This document shows, in pieces, positions 1 to 11,736 of a stretch of DNA of 32,212 bases. Each line of letters opens with the position of its first letter. Position 1 is the stretch's first letter. Below the pieces are notes generated by a model that saw only the letters and a list, made by a program, of their open reading frames with translations, was not told the origin of the DNA and ran no database searches. Both the position numbers and the translations under genes were made by a program. This DNA comes from Nemertoderma westbladi. Its lineage: Eukaryota; Animalia; Xenacoelomorpha. The stretch lies in NCBI GenBank assembly GCA_032718475.1, contig JAUCBJ010008613.1, positions 1 through 32,212 of the forward strand, in the 5' to 3' direction.

Positions 1-3000
1 ACCAGCTTTGTGGCTTTAGTAACGGATATAAATTGGTCGTTGTTACCAGCTTTGTGGCTTTAGTAACGGATAGAAATTAGTCGTTGTTACCAGCTTTGTG
101 GCTTTAGTAACGGATAGAAATTAGTCGTTGTTACCAGCTTTGTGGCTCTAAATTAGTCGTTGTTACCAGCTTTGTGGCTTTAGTAACGGATATAAATTTG
201 TCGTTGTTACCAGCTTTGTGGCTTTAGTAACGGATATAAATTAGTCGTTGTTACCAGCTTTGTGGCTTTAGTAACGGATATAAATTAGTCGTTGTTACCA
301 GCTTGTGGCTTTAGTAACGGATATAAATTGGTCGTTGTTACCAGCTTTGTGGCTCTAAATTAGTCGTTGTTACCAGCTTTGTGGCTTTAGTAACGGATAT
401 AAATTGGTCGTTGTTACCAGCTTTGTGGCTTTAGTAACGAATATAAATTAGTCGTTGTTACCAGCTTTGCGGCTTTAGTAACGGATAGAAATTAGTCGTT
501 GTTGCCAGCTTTGTGGCTCTAAATTAGTCGTTGTAACCAGCTTTGTGGCTCTAAATTAGTCGTTGTTACCAGCTTTGTGGCTTTAGTAACGGATAGAAAT
601 TAGTCGTTGTTACCAGCTTTGTGGCTCTAAATTAGTCGTTGTTACCAGCTTTGTGGCTTTAGTAACGGATATAAATTAGTCGTTGTTACCAGCTTTGTGG
701 CTTTAGTAACGGATAGAAATTAGTCGTTGTTACCAGCTTTGTTGCTCTAAATTAGTCGTTGTTACCAGCTTTGTGGCTTTAGTAACGGATAGAAATTAGT
801 CGTTGTTACCAGCTTTGTGGCTCTAAATTAGTCGTTGTTACCAGCTTTGTGGCTTTAGTAACGGATAGAAATTAGTCGTTGTTACCAGCTTTGTGACTCT
901 AAATTAGTCGTTGTTACCAGCTTTGTGGCTCTAAATTAGTCGTTGTTACCAGCTTTGTGGCTTTAGTAACGGATAGAAATTAGTCGTTGTTACCAGCTTT
1001 GTGGCTCTAAATTAGTCGTTGTTACCAGCTTTGTGGCTTTAGTAACGGATATAAATTGGTCGTTGTTACCAGCTTTGTGGCTTTAGTAACGGATAGAAAT
1101 TAGTCGTTGTTATCAGCTTTGTGGCTTTAGTAACGGATAGAAATTAGTCGTTGTCAGCTTTGTGGCTCTAAATTAGTCGTTGTTACCAGCTTTGTGGCTT
1201 TAGTAACGGATATAAATTGGTCGTTGTTACCAGCTTTGTGGCTTTAGTAACGGATAGAAATTAGTCGTTGTTACCAGCTTTGTGGCTTTAGTAACGGATA
1301 TAAATTGGTCGTTGTTACCAGCTTTGTGGCTGATAGAAATTAGTCGTTGTTACCAGCTTTGTGGCTTTAGTAACGGATAGAAATTAGTCGTTGTTACCAG
1401 CTTTGTGGCTTTAGTAACGGATATAAATTAGTCGTTGTTACCAGCTTTGTGGCTTTAGTAACGGATAGAAATTAGTCGTTGTTACCAGCTTTGTGGCTTT
1501 AGTAACGGATATAAATTGGTCGTTGTTACCAGCTTTGTGGCTGATAGAAATTAGTCGTTGTTACCAGCTTTGTGGCTTTAGTAACGGATAGAAATTAGTC
1601 GTTGTTACCAGCTTTGTGGCTTTAGTAACGGATATAAATTAGTCGTTGTTACCAGCTTTGTGGCTTTAGTAACGGATATAAATTGGTCGTTGTTACCAGC
1701 TTTGTGGCTCTAAATTAGTCGTTGTTACCAGCTTTGTGGCTTTAGTAACGGATATAAATTGGTCGTTGTTACCAGCTTTGTGGCTTTAGTAACGGATAGA
1801 AATTAGTCGTTGTTACCAGCTTTGTGGCTTTAGTAACGGATATAAATTAGTCGTTGTTACCAGCTTTGTGGCTTTAGTAACGGATAGAAATTAGTCGTTG
1901 TTACCAGCTTTGTGGCTTTAGTAACGGATATAAATTAGTCGTTGTTACCAGCTTTGTGGCTTTAGTAACGGATAGAAATTAGTCGTTGTTACCAGCTTTG
2001 TGGCTTTAGTAACGGATAGAAATTAGTCGTTGTTACCAGTTTTGTGGCTTTAGTAACGGATATAAATTAGTCGTTGTTACCAGCTTTGTGGCTTTAGTAA
2101 CGGATAGAAATTAGTCGTTGTTACCAGCTTTGTGGCTTTAGTAACGGATAGAAATTAGTCGTTGTTACCAGCTTTGTGGCTTTAGTAACGAATATAAATT
2201 AGTCGTTGTTACCAGCTTTGTGGCTTTAGTAACGGATATAAATTAGTCGTTGTTACCAGCTTTGTGGCTTTAGTAACGGATAGAAATTAGTCGTTGTTAC
2301 CAGCTTTGTGGCTTTAGTAACGGATATAAATTAGTCGTTGTTACCAGCTTTGTGGCTTTAGTAACGGATAGAAATTAGTCGTTGTTACCAGCTTTGTGGC
2401 TCTAAATTAGTCGTTGTTACCAGCTTTGTGGCTTTAGTAACGGATATAAATTAGTCGTTGTTACCAGCTTTGTGGCTTTAGTAACGGATATAAATTAGTC
2501 GTTGTTACCAGCTTTGTGGCTTTAGTAACGGATATAAATTAGTCGTTGTTACCAGCTTTGTGGCTTTAGTAACGGATATAAATTGGTCGTTGTTACCAGC
2601 TTTGTGGCTCTAAATTAGTCGTTGTTACCAGCTTTGTGGCTTTAGTAACGGATATAAATTGGTCGTTGTTACCAGCTTTGTGGCTTTAGTAACGAATATA
2701 AATTAGTCGTTGTTACCAGCTTTGCGGCTTTAGTAACGGATAGAAATTAGTCGTTGTTACCAGCTTTGTGGCTCTAAATTAGTCGTTGTTGCCAGCTTTG
2801 TGGCTCTAAATTAGTCGTTGTTACCAGCTTTGTGGCTTTAGTAACGGATATAAATTAGACGTTGTTACCAGCTTTGTGGCTTTAGTAACGGATAGAAATT
2901 AGTCGTTGTTACCAGCTTTGTTGCTCTAAATTAGTCGTTGTTACCAGCTTTGTGGCTTTAGTAACGGATAGAAATTAGTCGCTGTTACCAGCTTTGTGGC

Positions 3001-3525
3001 TTTAGTAACGGATATAAATTAGTCGTTGTTACCAGCTTTGTGGCTTTAGTAACGGATATATATTAGTCGTTGTTACCAGCTTTGTGGCTTTAGTAACGGA
3101 TAGAAATTAGTCGTTGTTACCAGCTTTGTGGCTCTAAATTAGTCGTTGTTACCAGCTTTGTGGCTTTAGTAACGGATATAAATTAGTCGTTGTTACCAGC
3201 TTTGTGGCTCTAAATTAGTCGTTGTTACCAGCTTTGTGGCTCTAAATTAGTCGTTGTTACCAGCTTTGTGGCTCTAAATTAGTCGTTGTTACCAGCTTTG
3301 TGGCTCTAAATTAGTCGTTGTTACCAGCTTTGTGGCTCTAAATTAGTCGTTGTTACCAGCTTTGTGGCTTTAAATTAGTCGTTGTTACCAGCTTTGTGGC
3401 TTTAGTAACGGATAGAAATTAGTCGTTGTTACCAGCTTTGTGGCTCTAAATTAGTCGTTGTTACCAGCTTTGTGGCTTTAGTAACGGATAGAAATTAGTC
3501 GTTGTTACCAGCTTTGCGGCTTTAG
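1..3525. repeat. Minisatellite array of 44-bp units (ACCAGCTTTGTGGCTTTAGTAACGGATAKAAATTRGTCGTTGTT) mixed with 32-bp deletion-variant units
   Basis: Unit starts at 1, 45, 89, 133 (44 bp), then 165 (32 bp). Near-identical copies, no unique spacers. The array runs off the window start. Confidence 0.98.
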
Positions 3526-3810
3526 AAGTTTGTGACTATTTAAAAGTGTGTTTTGTGCATTGTAGAAATAGTGTTTAGCACCCTTCCTTAGCAACATAGA
3601 GCATGAACTAAGAATTATCATTGGTCTACCAGATTTAGTAGTTTGGGGCTTCAAAAATAGATTAAATTGAGTCGAAAAGTTCTGAGTTGTTTGGTCGATA
3701 TTTCCATGGAAACCGGTTCTAAACTAGCTTCAGGGTTTATAAGGTTCACGTAGTTCCCTTACTACTATTGATTGATTTGCCGGGGATATTAAGAAGGTTG
3801 GACAATTATT

Positions 3811-4118
3811 GAAGGGCTGAGCATAAAAAGGTCCTTGTGACATTTTCTTAGAATAAGAGTTATACTCATACAGAGATCCTATGAGACCTAACTTGACTTA
3901 CCAATAAGGTTCTGAGATCTATGTACAATACTGCCTGATATACTGGAGTAAAATAGACCTACTTACAGTAAAAATCGCATAGACATAAACAAAAAAAGGT
4001 CTTAAGTACAATACTGCATGATATATGCGAAACAATTTTGAAGTTTTTGAAAATTTTTTTTTCGAAATATCTCGGAATGTCAGTTTTGTCACATAGGACC
4101 TTTTTGTCTCAGCCCTTC
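3811..4118. mobile_element. Non-autonomous DNA transposon (MITE)
   Basis: TIRs GAAGGGCTGAGCATAAAAAGGTCCTTGTGACA / TGTCACATAGGACCTTTTTGTCTCAGCCCTTC; flanks AATTATT / AATTGTT resemble a TSD; no ORF. Confidence 0.8.
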
Positions 4119-4908
4119 AATTGTTATTCATTGATTTAATTATCTAGTTGCAATCAGTCCGGCTGGGTGTGTACTGTATGTGTATGGGGTGGGTAAGTTA
4201 GTTTTAGTATTATAATAATCACCCCAGAATATTAATTACCAAACCAGATAAATATAAAGGGAGAGTAACAATATAAAAAACACAGAAGTTATTTATGGAA
4301 AATAAATAGCAGTTTATTTATATTACAAAATGCTGGGTGGCAAAATTATTACACGGAACAAAATGTAAAATACAATAGAACTACTATTACTAACGGAATT
4401 ATACGGTACACCTCAACACACAAAGCCCTAAAAATAACTTAAAAACAAATTAAATTATTGGGATTTTTCATAAGAACATTTTACATATCATTTTGAAAAT
4501 ATAATTATTAAATTTGCAGTGGTTTTCAGTATTTTGTACAGTTACGCATAAGACAAGATAATATCATCTGCAAAGGAAGGTGAGCGAGTGAAGGTTGGAG
4601 ATAATGTAACCAATACAAAAAATGCGATTTAGACCTTAAAATTAAATAAAAATATTACGAGATAAATTACAATTTATATTTAATCAGCAAGACATTTTCA
4701 GAAAATGTTTCGCTGGAATCTGATAAATACAGCGTCGTCGGTTCAGAAACTAAATTGCGATTTATCTTACAATAAATTTATCTAATTGTACAAAATAACC
4801 AATTGTAAAAAAATGTCTACATTAAATACATTAATTTACAAAATATAGACAACTAATTAATTTGTGTTGTTTCACCTCGGCTATAAATGTTGTTTGTAAA
4901 ATTATTTA

Positions 4909-5751
4909 TTAGTCCGTTACCATGGACATCAGGAGTTCTAGATCGCCCCCACTGTCCTCCTCTATAGCTGGATCCGGGTGCCTGGCTGCCGGACTGGCGA
5001 AGTTCACGTGAGTCTGCTGGGGAGCGGCCCTCCTCGAGCGGGGGTTCGGCCCTGTCTGCTGGGGGGCCGCCCTCCTGGGCCGGGGGTTCGGCCCTGTCCG
5101 AGCGCGGCCACTCCGGTTGCCAGGGGAACCGCGGTACGGCGCGATGTGCGTCCGAGTCGGGGCCGAAACGTACCGCGGAGTCGGAAGTCGGACTCCGCCT
5201 CGGAGGATTACAGGAGCGGCCGCAGGTCTGTGCTGCGAGGGTTGCTGGGCAACCGGGACCAATCTGCCGTCCTTTATGACCAACAGACGGCTGCCCTGGG
5301 GTTGCCGACTGAACGAGTTGGACGCGGTGTTGAAAGGGACAACCCGGAAGGACGAGGGCGATGCGACGACCTGCGGACGACGGGACTGCGGGATCAGCGC
5401 ATCCGGCGAAGCCCCGTATTCGTGGTCCAACAGCATGGCTGTGTGCGTGGGACCGGGTAAACCCTCCTCAGAGTTGGAGTTAGTCGCACTAGCAGTAGAC
5501 CCAGAGGGCCCAACCCCTTCAGTAGTAGTTGTAGACGCAATCTCCCCGCCGCCTTGGTTACTAGCCGGAATGATGTCGGACGAAGGTTCGGTAGAGCCGT
5601 CGTGTTCGTTAGTGGTCGATTTGTTGGTTACCTTGACAACATAAACTTTTTTACCGCCGACTATAGTCTCTATAATCTCTTTGGTACCCGGTGTCGCAGA
5701 CAACTTCTTTATCATGTCGATGTTTTGGAGTCCATCGGGTAATATCCCCAG
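4909..5751 (-). CDS. Terminal coding exon of spliced host gene (Ser/Thr/Pro/Arg-rich disordered protein; DHEY motif)
   Basis: Long GC-rich ORF without a true ATG; acceptor TTTTCATTGCAG| just upstream of 5751 (phase 0); stop TAA at 4911-4909 overlapping AATAAA; AT-rich 3'UTR follows. Confidence 0.85.
   Translation of the reverse strand: MGILPDGLQNIDMIKKLSATPGTKEIIETIVGGKKVYVVKVTNKSTTNEHDGSTEPSSDIIPASNQGGGEIASTTTTEGVGPSGSTASATNSNSEEGLPGPTHTAMLLDHEYGASPDALIPQSRRPQVVASPSSFRVVPFNTASNSFSRQPQGSRLLVIKDGRLVPVAQQPSQHRPAAAPVILRGGVRLPTPRYVSAPTRTHIAPYRGSPGNRSGRARTGPNPRPRRAAPQQTGPNPRSRRAAPQQTHVNFASPAARHPDPAIEEDSGGDLELLMSMVTD
5012..5098 (-). repeat. 42-bp in-frame tandem duplication (TGPNPRxRRAAPQQ x2) in host terminal exon
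   Basis: Visible in both DNA and translation. Confidence 0.85.
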
Positions 5752-6447
5752 CTGCAATGAAAACGTAATTATTTATAGTTTGTACATAACAGTATCCCCC
5801 CCCCCCCCACACCCCCTTCCCTTCAACACAGCCTAGCCTTGTCGTAACACTCAACACATAGAGGTAAACAACCAATACATGTGAACTGAAAGTAAAATAA
5901 TACTAAAATCGAAAACCTGATTACTTGCAGTTCGCAACACATTCATTCTATCCATATTTAATATTCTATTCAGTATGGACCTACAGGCCTTTATTATAAT
6001 TTTGAGAAAACTTTCCTACCAGTAGTATTATAGCAGTGCTGCCTGGATATCCCACTGCCACCACTAGCGGTTTCACAAAGCCAACAACAACATTCTCATT
6101 TGCGTGCTTTGAAAACTTTCCATGCTTGTTCAGTGTTGCTCTGTGTACGGTACCGATTCGGCTTGCTGTGCTCATGACACATGTTAGTTGCCTACCGGTA
6201 GGCTGAATAACTACCGGTAGGGGCTACCTCAACCTCATATTAGTTACACTTACGATACAGGCAGGATACACTGATACAGCACAACCTTGCATGTGTAGCT
6301 GACAGTTGTTGTTGGTACGTGGTAGTAGTAGCTTAGAGGTAGTAGCTTAGCTACAGTACAACAGTAGGTAGTGTTAGCTGTTAGGCAGTATGCTATGCAG
6401 TAGGCCTAAGCGTATTATACACATTTAGTTTAGCGGAACTGGCAATA

Positions 6448-7365
6448 ATGACGCGACATTCGAGAAACAACACCAACGCATCGTGCTACACATATCATGA
6501 GAAGAAGAAAGACACGGCAGCCGGTCGCTACGGTACACAGGAAGCCAGAGTTGGAAAGGATGGAATCAAAGACTTCGACTGTTGCAGCATCACACTACAA
6601 GCTTGCCGCGAGCCACTAATCAGCCCGCAGGGTTACATATTCGACAAGGAAGCAATTCTCGAGTTTATTATACAGCATAAGAGAGAGATAGCTAGGCAAG
6701 AGAAGGCTTGGAGTCAACAAGCTAGTCAACGCGAGAGAGATAGACTGGCGGATGAGAAAGCTGCTCGCGAAGATAAGATAAAGGAATTCGTGGTGCAAGA
6801 AAGTCGCATAGTCAGTGAGCGCATAGACCCTTTTTGCAGGGGAGGCACATCAGGTACCAAACCGGGGCCTAGTAACGCTACCGGTACCAGTAGAGCATCC
6901 CAACCGAGAGACGGACAGACTAGTTTCTGGGTGCCTTCGCTGACACCATCAGCTTCCTCTACACAAGTAAAGAAACCCCAGAAATCTGATAAGAACGTCC
7001 ACTGCCCGGTGACCGGGGCAGTGCTTCGAATGCGGGACCTGACCCCTGTGTCCTTCACGCCTCTTGTGGAAGGCGACACCTACGAACAACTCATGGGTAA
7101 GGACGCCAACGCCAGGTACAAGTGTCCGCTAAGTAACGATGTGTTGGGTAACTCGATACCTTCCGCTGTACTACGGAAGTCCGGTAAGGTAGTGACACTG
7201 GACGTAGTGGAGCGGGTAATCCGTAAGGATATGCTGGATCCCTACTGTAACGAACCCATTACCGATAAAGATATCATTGTGATTCAACGGGGAGGCACTG
7301 GGTTCGCCTCGGTTAACGTTAACTTGGAGTCTAAAGAACACAGACCTGTAATGCCGATGGCATAA
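6448..7365 (+). CDS. NOSIP: Nitric oxide synthase-interacting protein (RING/U-box-like ligase, spliceosome-associated), intron-free CDS
   Basis: MTRHSRN..CYTYHEKKKD start, KDFDCC..TLQ.C, KEAILE.I, SFWVPSLTP and C-terminal QRGGTGF motifs; 305 aa is the family length. Confidence 0.96.
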   Translation: MTRHSRNNTNASCYTYHEKKKDTAAGRYGTQEARVGKDGIKDFDCCSITLQACREPLISPQGYIFDKEAILEFIIQHKREIARQEKAWSQQASQRERDRLADEKAAREDKIKEFVVQESRIVSERIDPFCRGGTSGTKPGPSNATGTSRASQPRDGQTSFWVPSLTPSASSTQVKKPQKSDKNVHCPVTGAVLRMRDLTPVSFTPLVEGDTYEQLMGKDANARYKCPLSNDVLGNSIPSAVLRKSGKVVTLDVVERVIRKDMLDPYCNEPITDKDIIVIQRGGTGFASVNVNLESKEHRPVMPMA

Positions 7366-7879
7366 CTTTCCGCAATATTTATAGTTTCTTTCTATTTATC
7401 CATCTTCGTTTAAACCTTGCTTGTTTTATTTCATATACCGTTACAATTCTTACAAAATATATTCGCGTTAGTCGTTTCGCTAGGCGTTAGTCGTTCGTGT
7501 CAGTTCATTTAAAGACTTATAATATGTTAAGGATAGAGGGTCTTCCCCAGCAATAATTTGTATATTATAAACTTCGTAAATGGCAGACCCCCTAGCTGTA
7601 GCATGTCGACAATTTGGATTACATTTAAAGACTGACTTACCTAACTGATTTCTAAATGTAGCTTCGATTCTTCATGAAATTTGCAGGTATCCCACTATTT
7701 ACTAGACACGATATATTATACTGTACTGTACCGAACGAAAGGTTCTGTGATTTGCAACACGTTATGGATAAATTCAAACACAAAAAAATGCAAAATGCAC
7801 TTATAGCCTGCACCAAGAGTAAGTACTAATTAATAATAGTGTCATGTACACTATCTGTAGTTTACATACTTCAACTTAC

Positions 7880-8127
7880 CTGTGACTGTGACGTTGGTGT
7901 AGATGGTGGAGTAGATAGGTTTACATGTTGAGCGAGAGACGCGTTGGGATGTGGCATCACGTTGATGCGGGGTGGGGGTTGTTGGGTAGAAGTACCCTGA
8001 TACATAGGTTGGTATCGGTTGGGTCTGATAACACTCCCACCCATTATGGGCCGCTTGTGTTGGTAAGGGAAGGAACCAGATGGCGGGGGCCTGTAATGTC
8101 TGCGGTCAGTCTCAGTCCCTTTGTAAC
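7880..8127 (-). CDS. Internal exon of host gene (GYKGTETDRRHYRPPP...QSQ)
   Basis: Acceptor CTCTTTACAG|, donor CAG|GTAAGT; phase 1 to 0, in frame with the 5751 exon. Confidence 0.85.
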
Positions 8128-8646
8128 CTGTAAAGAGCAATGTTAACATTCATATCAGTAACATCATATTTGTTGACATTGATTGGTAATTATATTATAG
8201 TAAAATATGGATTTACATATCAACAACTTATCTCAGATTACATTGCATCACAATTCATCAGTAACACAAGGTACAACAAACATAATATTTATAAGTTTTT
8301 TTAATATTTGATCGGATTTGCATTTACCCCATCAGTGGATGTAGGTATGTAGTTGAAGGAATGTATTTAATATTAATTTAGAACATATTTAAGTTGTTTG
8401 TTTAATTATCTGTGAAATTGTCATCTGTGTAAATTATTGTAGTTTTACGCATTTTATGGTTTGTTTATGTAATAATGCCTTTGTTAACAACGACGCCAGT
8501 ACTACAGCAGTAGGTCATTATAAAATAGACTACACTGTTGATTAATTTATTTGAGACCAAAATAATTGCGAATCCTATAAAAGAACTAATCACATTGTAT
8601 TGGTTTTGCCTCTCACTACCAACAAGTCTCACTTTGGATTATAGAA

Positions 8647-9333
8647 ATGTTGTTAACTCCAGTTTTTGCTGTATTCATTTTGAGTTGGACTATATCCGCA
8701 ACCGGAGAAAATACCGCTAGCAATAATCCAACAAATAAAACTGACACGGGTGGTGTAGACCAGTTGCAGGTCTACATAAAACTATTCGAGGAGAGACGAA
8801 AACAGCAGATTGCGGCAATCAAAAGCATCCACAAAGTCGATAGAGATAAACAACAGAGAATGATAGAGATGTTGGTAGACAAGCTATTCGATTTGTTGGA
8901 GAAATATAGGATTGAATTAATGAACGCAGGATACATCCCGGGACAGGGGTTACCAACCGATCTTAAAACTCAGGACTCCCTATCCAGTGTAATCGAGAAC
9001 ACCGCTTTCTTCGGGGAATTGATATTGCGTCATCCCGATCTTGTTCACCCGTTATACAGAAAAAATCAAAGTCGTAAAATCTCTTTGCAATGGGCGGTTG
9101 CTATTAGCAACGCGACAAACGTTTTCCGCGGGCCGCACGCTAAACTAATCCACTTAATGGTGCAGGAGACCGGACTGGTGCCCATGCAAGCAGACTATGT
9201 CAATCCTTACAGAGGAGCAGCGCAGAATAAGAAGAGCAAACAGATGGTCGAACCCACACCGCAGACAATCAAAAAGAAAGTTCCACGGAAAAAAGGACCC
9301 AGACTACATCGCCCATTCGCCGGTGAGTTGTAG
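8647..9333 (+). CDS. CCDC134: Coiled-coil domain-containing protein 134 (ER-lumen protein), intron-free CDS
   Basis: Signal peptide; Y.KLFE..R..Q, ENTAFFG..ILR.PD, LM.QE.G...Y.NPY and KKGPRL motifs; xxEL C-terminus; AATAAA near 9403. Confidence 0.9.
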   Translation: MLLTPVFAVFILSWTISATGENTASNNPTNKTDTGGVDQLQVYIKLFEERRKQQIAAIKSIHKVDRDKQQRMIEMLVDKLFDLLEKYRIELMNAGYIPGQGLPTDLKTQDSLSSVIENTAFFGELILRHPDLVHPLYRKNQSRKISLQWAVAISNATNVFRGPHAKLIHLMVQETGLVPMQADYVNPYRGAAQNKKSKQMVEPTPQTIKKKVPRKKGPRLHRPFAGEL

Positions 9334-9905
9334 CAGAAGGACTGGACTCTCACACTCTCACTCTATCGCTAAATATTATTTATATTAATTGGCATTGCAT
9401 TTAATAAAGATTCAATTCAATACGACAACCTGGACAGTTGGCCCTGGCAATCCCACGATATCGTGGAATACAATGCTAATGATTTATAATATTATATTTT
9501 GTTTTCCGGTAGTAAATAGTTTTATAATAAATATTGGTTTTATTTTGTTCGGTTCTTCACGGCCGTGTGATTATTATTTTTAATCGTAATATTTAGTATT
9601 GAGAATAATATTTAATAGCAACAGTGAGTAATAATATTAATATGAATGTAATTTAAGCTATATGGGGCTGGGGGAGGGCGGGGGGTGTATCTAACTTTGG
9701 TTTATTTATAGCGTCGCCTTGGTCACAACATGAAACGTGTCTGTAAGTCGAAACTTTACTGTTTCATTTAGGGCTAAGGGCATTAAAGTATAATGGTTTA
9801 TGTGCGAATTATGATCATTGGATCTATCCAATATTTCTATGAGAGTGTCGCCGAGTATTGGCAGTGGGTTCATCACTACATGGCCTACCATTGGTTAGAG
9901 CTCAC

Positions 9906-9947
9906 CTGATAGACCGCCATGTGCCTTCATACCCGTCCCTGCTTCCC
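9906..9947 (-). CDS. 42-nt internal exon of host gene (GEAGTGMKAHGGLS)
   Basis: Acceptor TTTTAATTACAG|, donor CAG|GTGAGC; phase 1-1, open frame, joins the 8127 exon. Confidence 0.7.
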
Positions 9948-10557
9948 CTGTAATTAAAATGTTAAATTATTGATTTTATTTATAATTAGCCACAAAGCCT
10001 TATAAATTCTTGATTTTATTTATAATTAGCCACAGAGTCTAACATAGAGTAAACTCGGTTACCTATATAGGCCGTGTTTGGCCCGTTGTTCTAGAACCCA
10101 AATTAGCTGCTGTGATCACCACCTGTATTCTGACATCTGAGGTCTGACATGTTCTTCTATCCAAAAATACAAGTCTATTTTATTTATCGAAGGGCCTTGC
10201 GCTTTACACAGTGAAAACAGTACTATTAGCAGGACTAAACCAGGCGCGTGAAAAGCACTAGATGTCAGCGCTATGATAACTTTAACTGTGAAACAAAATG
10301 ATTATAAAATCTATACATCTGTCATATGGACAATAAATCTAATGTACACAACGAAATCAATCCCAAACCACTAGAATACATGCACCTCTTTTCAATGATG
10401 ATACAGCCGCCTAGGTGGTATATCAAAAATAAATTTGCAAATTGTACTGATAGTGCAATTGCATTAGGTTTCCTTTTCAAAAGGCCACATACAGACACAC
10501 ACTAATGCAGTGCTTTGTAATTGCATTACTCCAAATATAATTAATTAAGAAATCGCA

Positions 10558-11736
10558 TTAACCCATGTCGTATAGTTCACTTAGCAACCTATACAGATAA
10601 GATGGCGAATGTCCGCCGGTATTCGTAATAAACAGAGTAACTAGTTCTGGAGGAATATATTCGAATATAGGAGCCTCAACTGCCACGGTGCATTGCGTTA
10701 CCCTGTCGTCCACGTTCTGTCCCATACCCACCTCCCCGGGGCCCTGTCCCAAACCCACCTCCACATTCTGTCCCACACCCACCTCCCCGGGGCCCGCAGA
10801 CGGGGGCAGACCCACCGCCTCGGGTGACCCCAACTGTACGGGAGACACGTAACTAGCGGACAGCTTATACATGGCCGCGCACACGATGCACGGAACCGCG
10901 TGGAAGCTGGCGGCCTCCGCTATGCAACGGGACCCCGCTATGGCCTTGAGTCCCCCGTTGGCTAGCACAGCCCGGGTCCCGATAATAACCTTATTAACCC
11001 GACTCATTACCGCGAACACCGCGCTATCCGTTACCACTGTAGTCTGAATTCCCGCGTCCGACAACCGCACTGCCATCTCATGACCTTTATAATTGGGCGC
11101 GCACTCTACAACCATGACTTGAAACCTTCGCTTTAGAGCGGCGCCTTTAAGAAAGGCTTCTACAGTCCTACTAAGTCCTATAGTGAGTACAACCTCTGCG
11201 GAATGTATATGTTCCAAGCTCTGATCGGCAATATGTACCGCGCTAGATTCCAACTCCGCTATCAACTCCCCTATGGATTCGAGCAGGGGCTCTCGGAGTT
11301 CTTCTATCGCCACCGCTTCCGGTAAACCAACGGAAGGCTCCCGTTTCACCGGGGAGTCTGCCGGTACGACCATCGCGCTATGTAGACCCCCGCCGATGGC
11401 TGCGTCTTCGCGGGAACTGGTATCCCGTTTCCTACTCGCGTCAGCTTCCTCGCGCACTAATCGCAGGACTCGCTTCACCATGTTACCGACTATTAGCTCG
11501 TTGGTAGGAACTGAGTTGACCAATCGGTCCGCTTCCCCGCAAATTGTTTCCTCTAATTGGTTGGCTGTGTCTCCTTGGTAACGCGATATCGAGTCGCGAA
11601 GTAAGGTTACCGTACGCATGGCTACAATGTATGATTGCTTGATACGATCCCGTTTTATATCGTAAATAAACTTATCCAAAGGAGAACTCATGCCGTCTTC
11701 TGGTGTGAAGTTGTAATCACCAGTTATGTTCCTCAT
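10558..11736 (-). CDS. EIF2B2: Translation initiation factor eIF2B subunit beta, intron-free CDS
   Basis: GNMVKRVLRLVREE, EHIHS.EV.LTIG.SRTVEAFLK.AA, DSAVFAVMSRVNKVIIGT..V.ANGGL, YIPPELVTLFITN.GGHSPSYLYRL.SELY. Confidence 0.96.
   Translation of the reverse strand: MRNITGDYNFTPEDGMSSPLDKFIYDIKRDRIKQSYIVAMRTVTLLRDSISRYQGDTANQLEETICGEADRLVNSVPTNELIVGNMVKRVLRLVREEADASRKRDTSSREDAAIGGGLHSAMVVPADSPVKREPSVGLPEAVAIEELREPLLESIGELIAELESSAVHIADQSLEHIHSAEVVLTIGLSRTVEAFLKGAALKRRFQVMVVECAPNYKGHEMAVRLSDAGIQTTVVTDSAVFAVMSRVNKVIIGTRAVLANGGLKAIAGSRCIAEAASFHAVPCIVCAAMYKLSASYVSPVQLGSPEAVGLPPSAGPGEVGVGQNVEVGLGQGPGEVGMGQNVDDRVTQCTVAVEAPIFEYIPPELVTLFITNTGGHSPSYLYRLLSELYDMG

Noticed and set aside
1-3525. CRISPR-like array
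   Set aside because: Repeats are contiguous with no unique spacers, the context is eukaryotic, and there are no cas genes.
4978-5742. Plus-strand ORFs of 160, 175 and 62 aa
   Set aside because: Antisense shadows of the GC-rich host exon; no recognisable motifs.
7630-7705. Minus-strand GTAAGT donor suggesting another host exon
   Set aside because: All three frames upstream of it contain stops.
10063-10160. Possible extra or first host exon (donor TAG|GTAACC at 10063; ATG near 10150)
   Set aside because: No acceptor/donor pair gives an open phase 1-1 exon; alternatives need weak sites. Left unresolved rather than called.
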